Shown in pieces: positions 31,287 to 33,224 of a stretch of DNA of 33,224 nt (the first letter of the stretch is position 1; each line of letters opens with the position of its first letter). The DNA is taken from the IMG/VR virus record IMGVR_UViG_2698536361_000001; one strand, given 5' to 3'. The notes beneath the pieces were generated by a model. It saw only the letters and a program-made list of their open reading frames with translations, was not told the origin of the DNA and ran no database searches. Source of the stretch: a virus (taxonomy: Duplodnaviria; Heunggongvirae; Uroviricota; Caudoviricetes). Made by a program: the position numbers and the translations under genes.

Positions 31287-32813
31287 TCAAAAATAAATCT
31301 CACCATCAACCATATATTTAAGAGTACTTATCGCCTGCTGGGCGGATATTACTTTCATTAAAGGATAGTGTTTAAAAACAATGCCATTCATAAAATAGAT
31401 ATCACAGGTTTTATTATCTGTATTAATTATAATTTTTTCGAATATTTTATAGGCAAGTGTACGACATAGCTCTCGCCCATTTTTACTGGTTAAATCAATA
31501 GCATGAAAATCACCAAGTGAACTCACCCCTTTACTCTTCAAAGTTTTTAATGATACCGAAGCCCTTCGTAATTCCTTATCTAATAGTCTTATTTTCTCTG
31601 CTATAGCGGTAACTTCAGGCGCGACAGACAATGCAACGATTAAATTATTAATTTTCATCTGAAGCTCAATAATTTTTAACTCTAAAGTTTCATTAGCATC
31701 TTTCTTGTTTTCAACTGGTTGAATTTTGCTACAATTAAAAAGCAATTCATTAATGATATTATAATCAACCAAATCTCTTTTTATTGATGGTCTGTCACAT
31801 CGATGTAATCTTCTCATCGGACAAACATAATAGCCATGCAAACTTCCAGATACCGCATGAACAATCATGGTATTACCACAAGCCTCACACTTCATAACTG
31901 TTCGAAGTAGATTTATTAGCATAGGATTCTTGCTACTATTGCTAATACCAAAAGGTGCCAACCGAATTTCCTGTACAGCGTAAAACAAATCATCTGATAT
32001 GACTCTGGGATAATAGCCAGCGATTTCACTTATCCCTTTCCCTCTTGCACGATATGAAGGTACGCATATACCTATCAGAGCTTTATTCGCTAATAATTTT
32101 TCAATTACAGAAGGTCCCCATGCACTTTCTTTTCCTGAGAAATTCTTTACAGCATGATCATTTAAATACTTGGCTATTGCATTCAATGAGCGCCTTTCCA
32201 TCCTGAGTTTAAAAATTAGCTCAATAGTTTTCACCCTGTCGGGGTCTGGAACAAAAGCCGTTCTTTTGTCATCCAATGAGAGCCATCTCGGACAAGAAGC
32301 CGTCATAATCGTGCCTGACTCCAGTGCATCCTGCCGTTTTTTCTTCCATGATAATTTAACCCGACTTGACTTTATCTCGCTTTCTTCATTTGCCCTTTGT
32401 GCTATAAGTATGGCTTTTATTAATGAATATGGCTCATTCAATGAGTCAATATTATAGACTGTATTATCGCAAAGAGTTATAACATCAATACCGTGATTCA
32501 AAATCAATTTCAGACGCTCAATCGCTTCACCGACTTTTTCTCTTGAAAGTCTGTCCAGACTTTCAACTAACAATGTAGTCCCTGGCAATATATAACCATG
32601 TTCTATAGCATCTAAAAATTCCGAAAAAGCTCCTGATTGTGCATGCTTTCCATTGAATGCGCTTAACCCCAAATCTTCATACGTTACGGTATCAAGGTAA
32701 TAATCACTATTTACCTTTAGCCATTCAGTAATAAGCCTTCTCTGGCGGTTTAATGAATCACCAGACATCTGACCTGGTGATGAAAATCGCATATATGCTA
32801 TGGCTTTTTTCAT
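31287..32813 (-). CDS. ybcK: Large serine recombinase (YbcK-like, resolvase/invertase catalytic domain plus C-terminal zinc-ribbon)
   Basis: 508 aa; N-terminal AIAYMRFSSPGQ catalytic-serine motif; Cys cluster CEACGN...CPMRRLHRCDR. Confidence 0.9.
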   Translation of the reverse strand: MKKAIAYMRFSSPGQMSGDSLNRQRRLITEWLKVNSDYYLDTVTYEDLGLSAFNGKHAQSGAFSEFLDAIEHGYILPGTTLLVESLDRLSREKVGEAIERLKLILNHGIDVITLCDNTVYNIDSLNEPYSLIKAILIAQRANEESEIKSSRVKLSWKKKRQDALESGTIMTASCPRWLSLDDKRTAFVPDPDRVKTIELIFKLRMERRSLNAIAKYLNDHAVKNFSGKESAWGPSVIEKLLANKALIGICVPSYRARGKGISEIAGYYPRVISDDLFYAVQEIRLAPFGISNSSKNPMLINLLRTVMKCEACGNTMIVHAVSGSLHGYYVCPMRRLHRCDRPSIKRDLVDYNIINELLFNCSKIQPVENKKDANETLELKIIELQMKINNLIVALSVAPEVTAIAEKIRLLDKELRRASVSLKTLKSKGVSSLGDFHAIDLTSKNGRELCRTLAYKIFEKIIINTDNKTCDIYFMNGIVFKHYPLMKVISAQQAISTLKYMVDGEIYF

Positions 32814-33068
32814 GGTGACACCTGCTAAAGTATGCTTTTATAAACCTTAGTGGTGAGATATGATTTTTGTTTAATTTTTATTTAAAAAGACAATTAAGGT
32901 CACATTATCTTGAATATACAACAATAATCGCATTGCAATTTTCTTACACCATAATCTTGAAAGCACAAAAGAATGAATAAAAACTAAAGACATTAACAAA
33001 AAGCATAAAACGAGGCCCATATAAATATACGAGCCTCCATATTTTAGTCGTTTAAAAACAAATTATTT

Positions 33069-33224
33069 TTAATGTGGTGTGCTTCGTGACAATAAATTAA
33101 TAACCAACACACCGGCACAAATCAACATCATGCCTATAATGGCTGGCAGGTCCAACCGTTGGCCGAAAAATCCCCATGATAGTAAGCTAATCAGGACAAT
33201 ACCGACTCCTGACCAGATAGCATA
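33069..33224 (-). CDS. emrE: Multidrug SMR efflux transporter EmrE, 3' end only (gene runs off the window)
   Basis: Minus-strand translation [51 protein letters not shown] matches the EmrE C-terminus. Confidence 0.85.
   Translation of the reverse strand, partial: YAIWSGVGIVLISLLSWGFFGQRLDLPAIIGMMLICAGVLVINLLSRSTPH

Overview
This window is a large part of a lambdoid phage or prophage, read in reverse (nearly all genes on the minus strand). All protein identifications come from reading the six-frame translations against remembered reference proteins; no database search was run. From right to left: 3' end of emrE, a YbcK-like large serine recombinase, an AT-rich cargo slot with an alpha/beta-hydrolase esterase, a DLP12-type nin/late-control block (ybcN, ninE, ybcO, rusA, ylcG, Q), a plus-strand OmpC-family porin (nmpC/lc-like) sitting antisense between Q and the lysis genes, a lysis cassette (phage-21-type pinholin and SAR endolysin, lambda-type Rz/Rz1), bor, the cos site, then a complete lambda-type head and tail morphogenesis operon (Nu1 through J) and lom. 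The most unusual part is the distal tail-fibre end (1..4041): a chimeric Stf, a coupled 93-aa acidic protein, a 346-aa protein with a C-terminal intramolecular-chaperone (S74-like) domain, a small membrane protein, and a 3' remnant of tfa. No tRNA, rRNA, CRISPR array or IS element was recognised.
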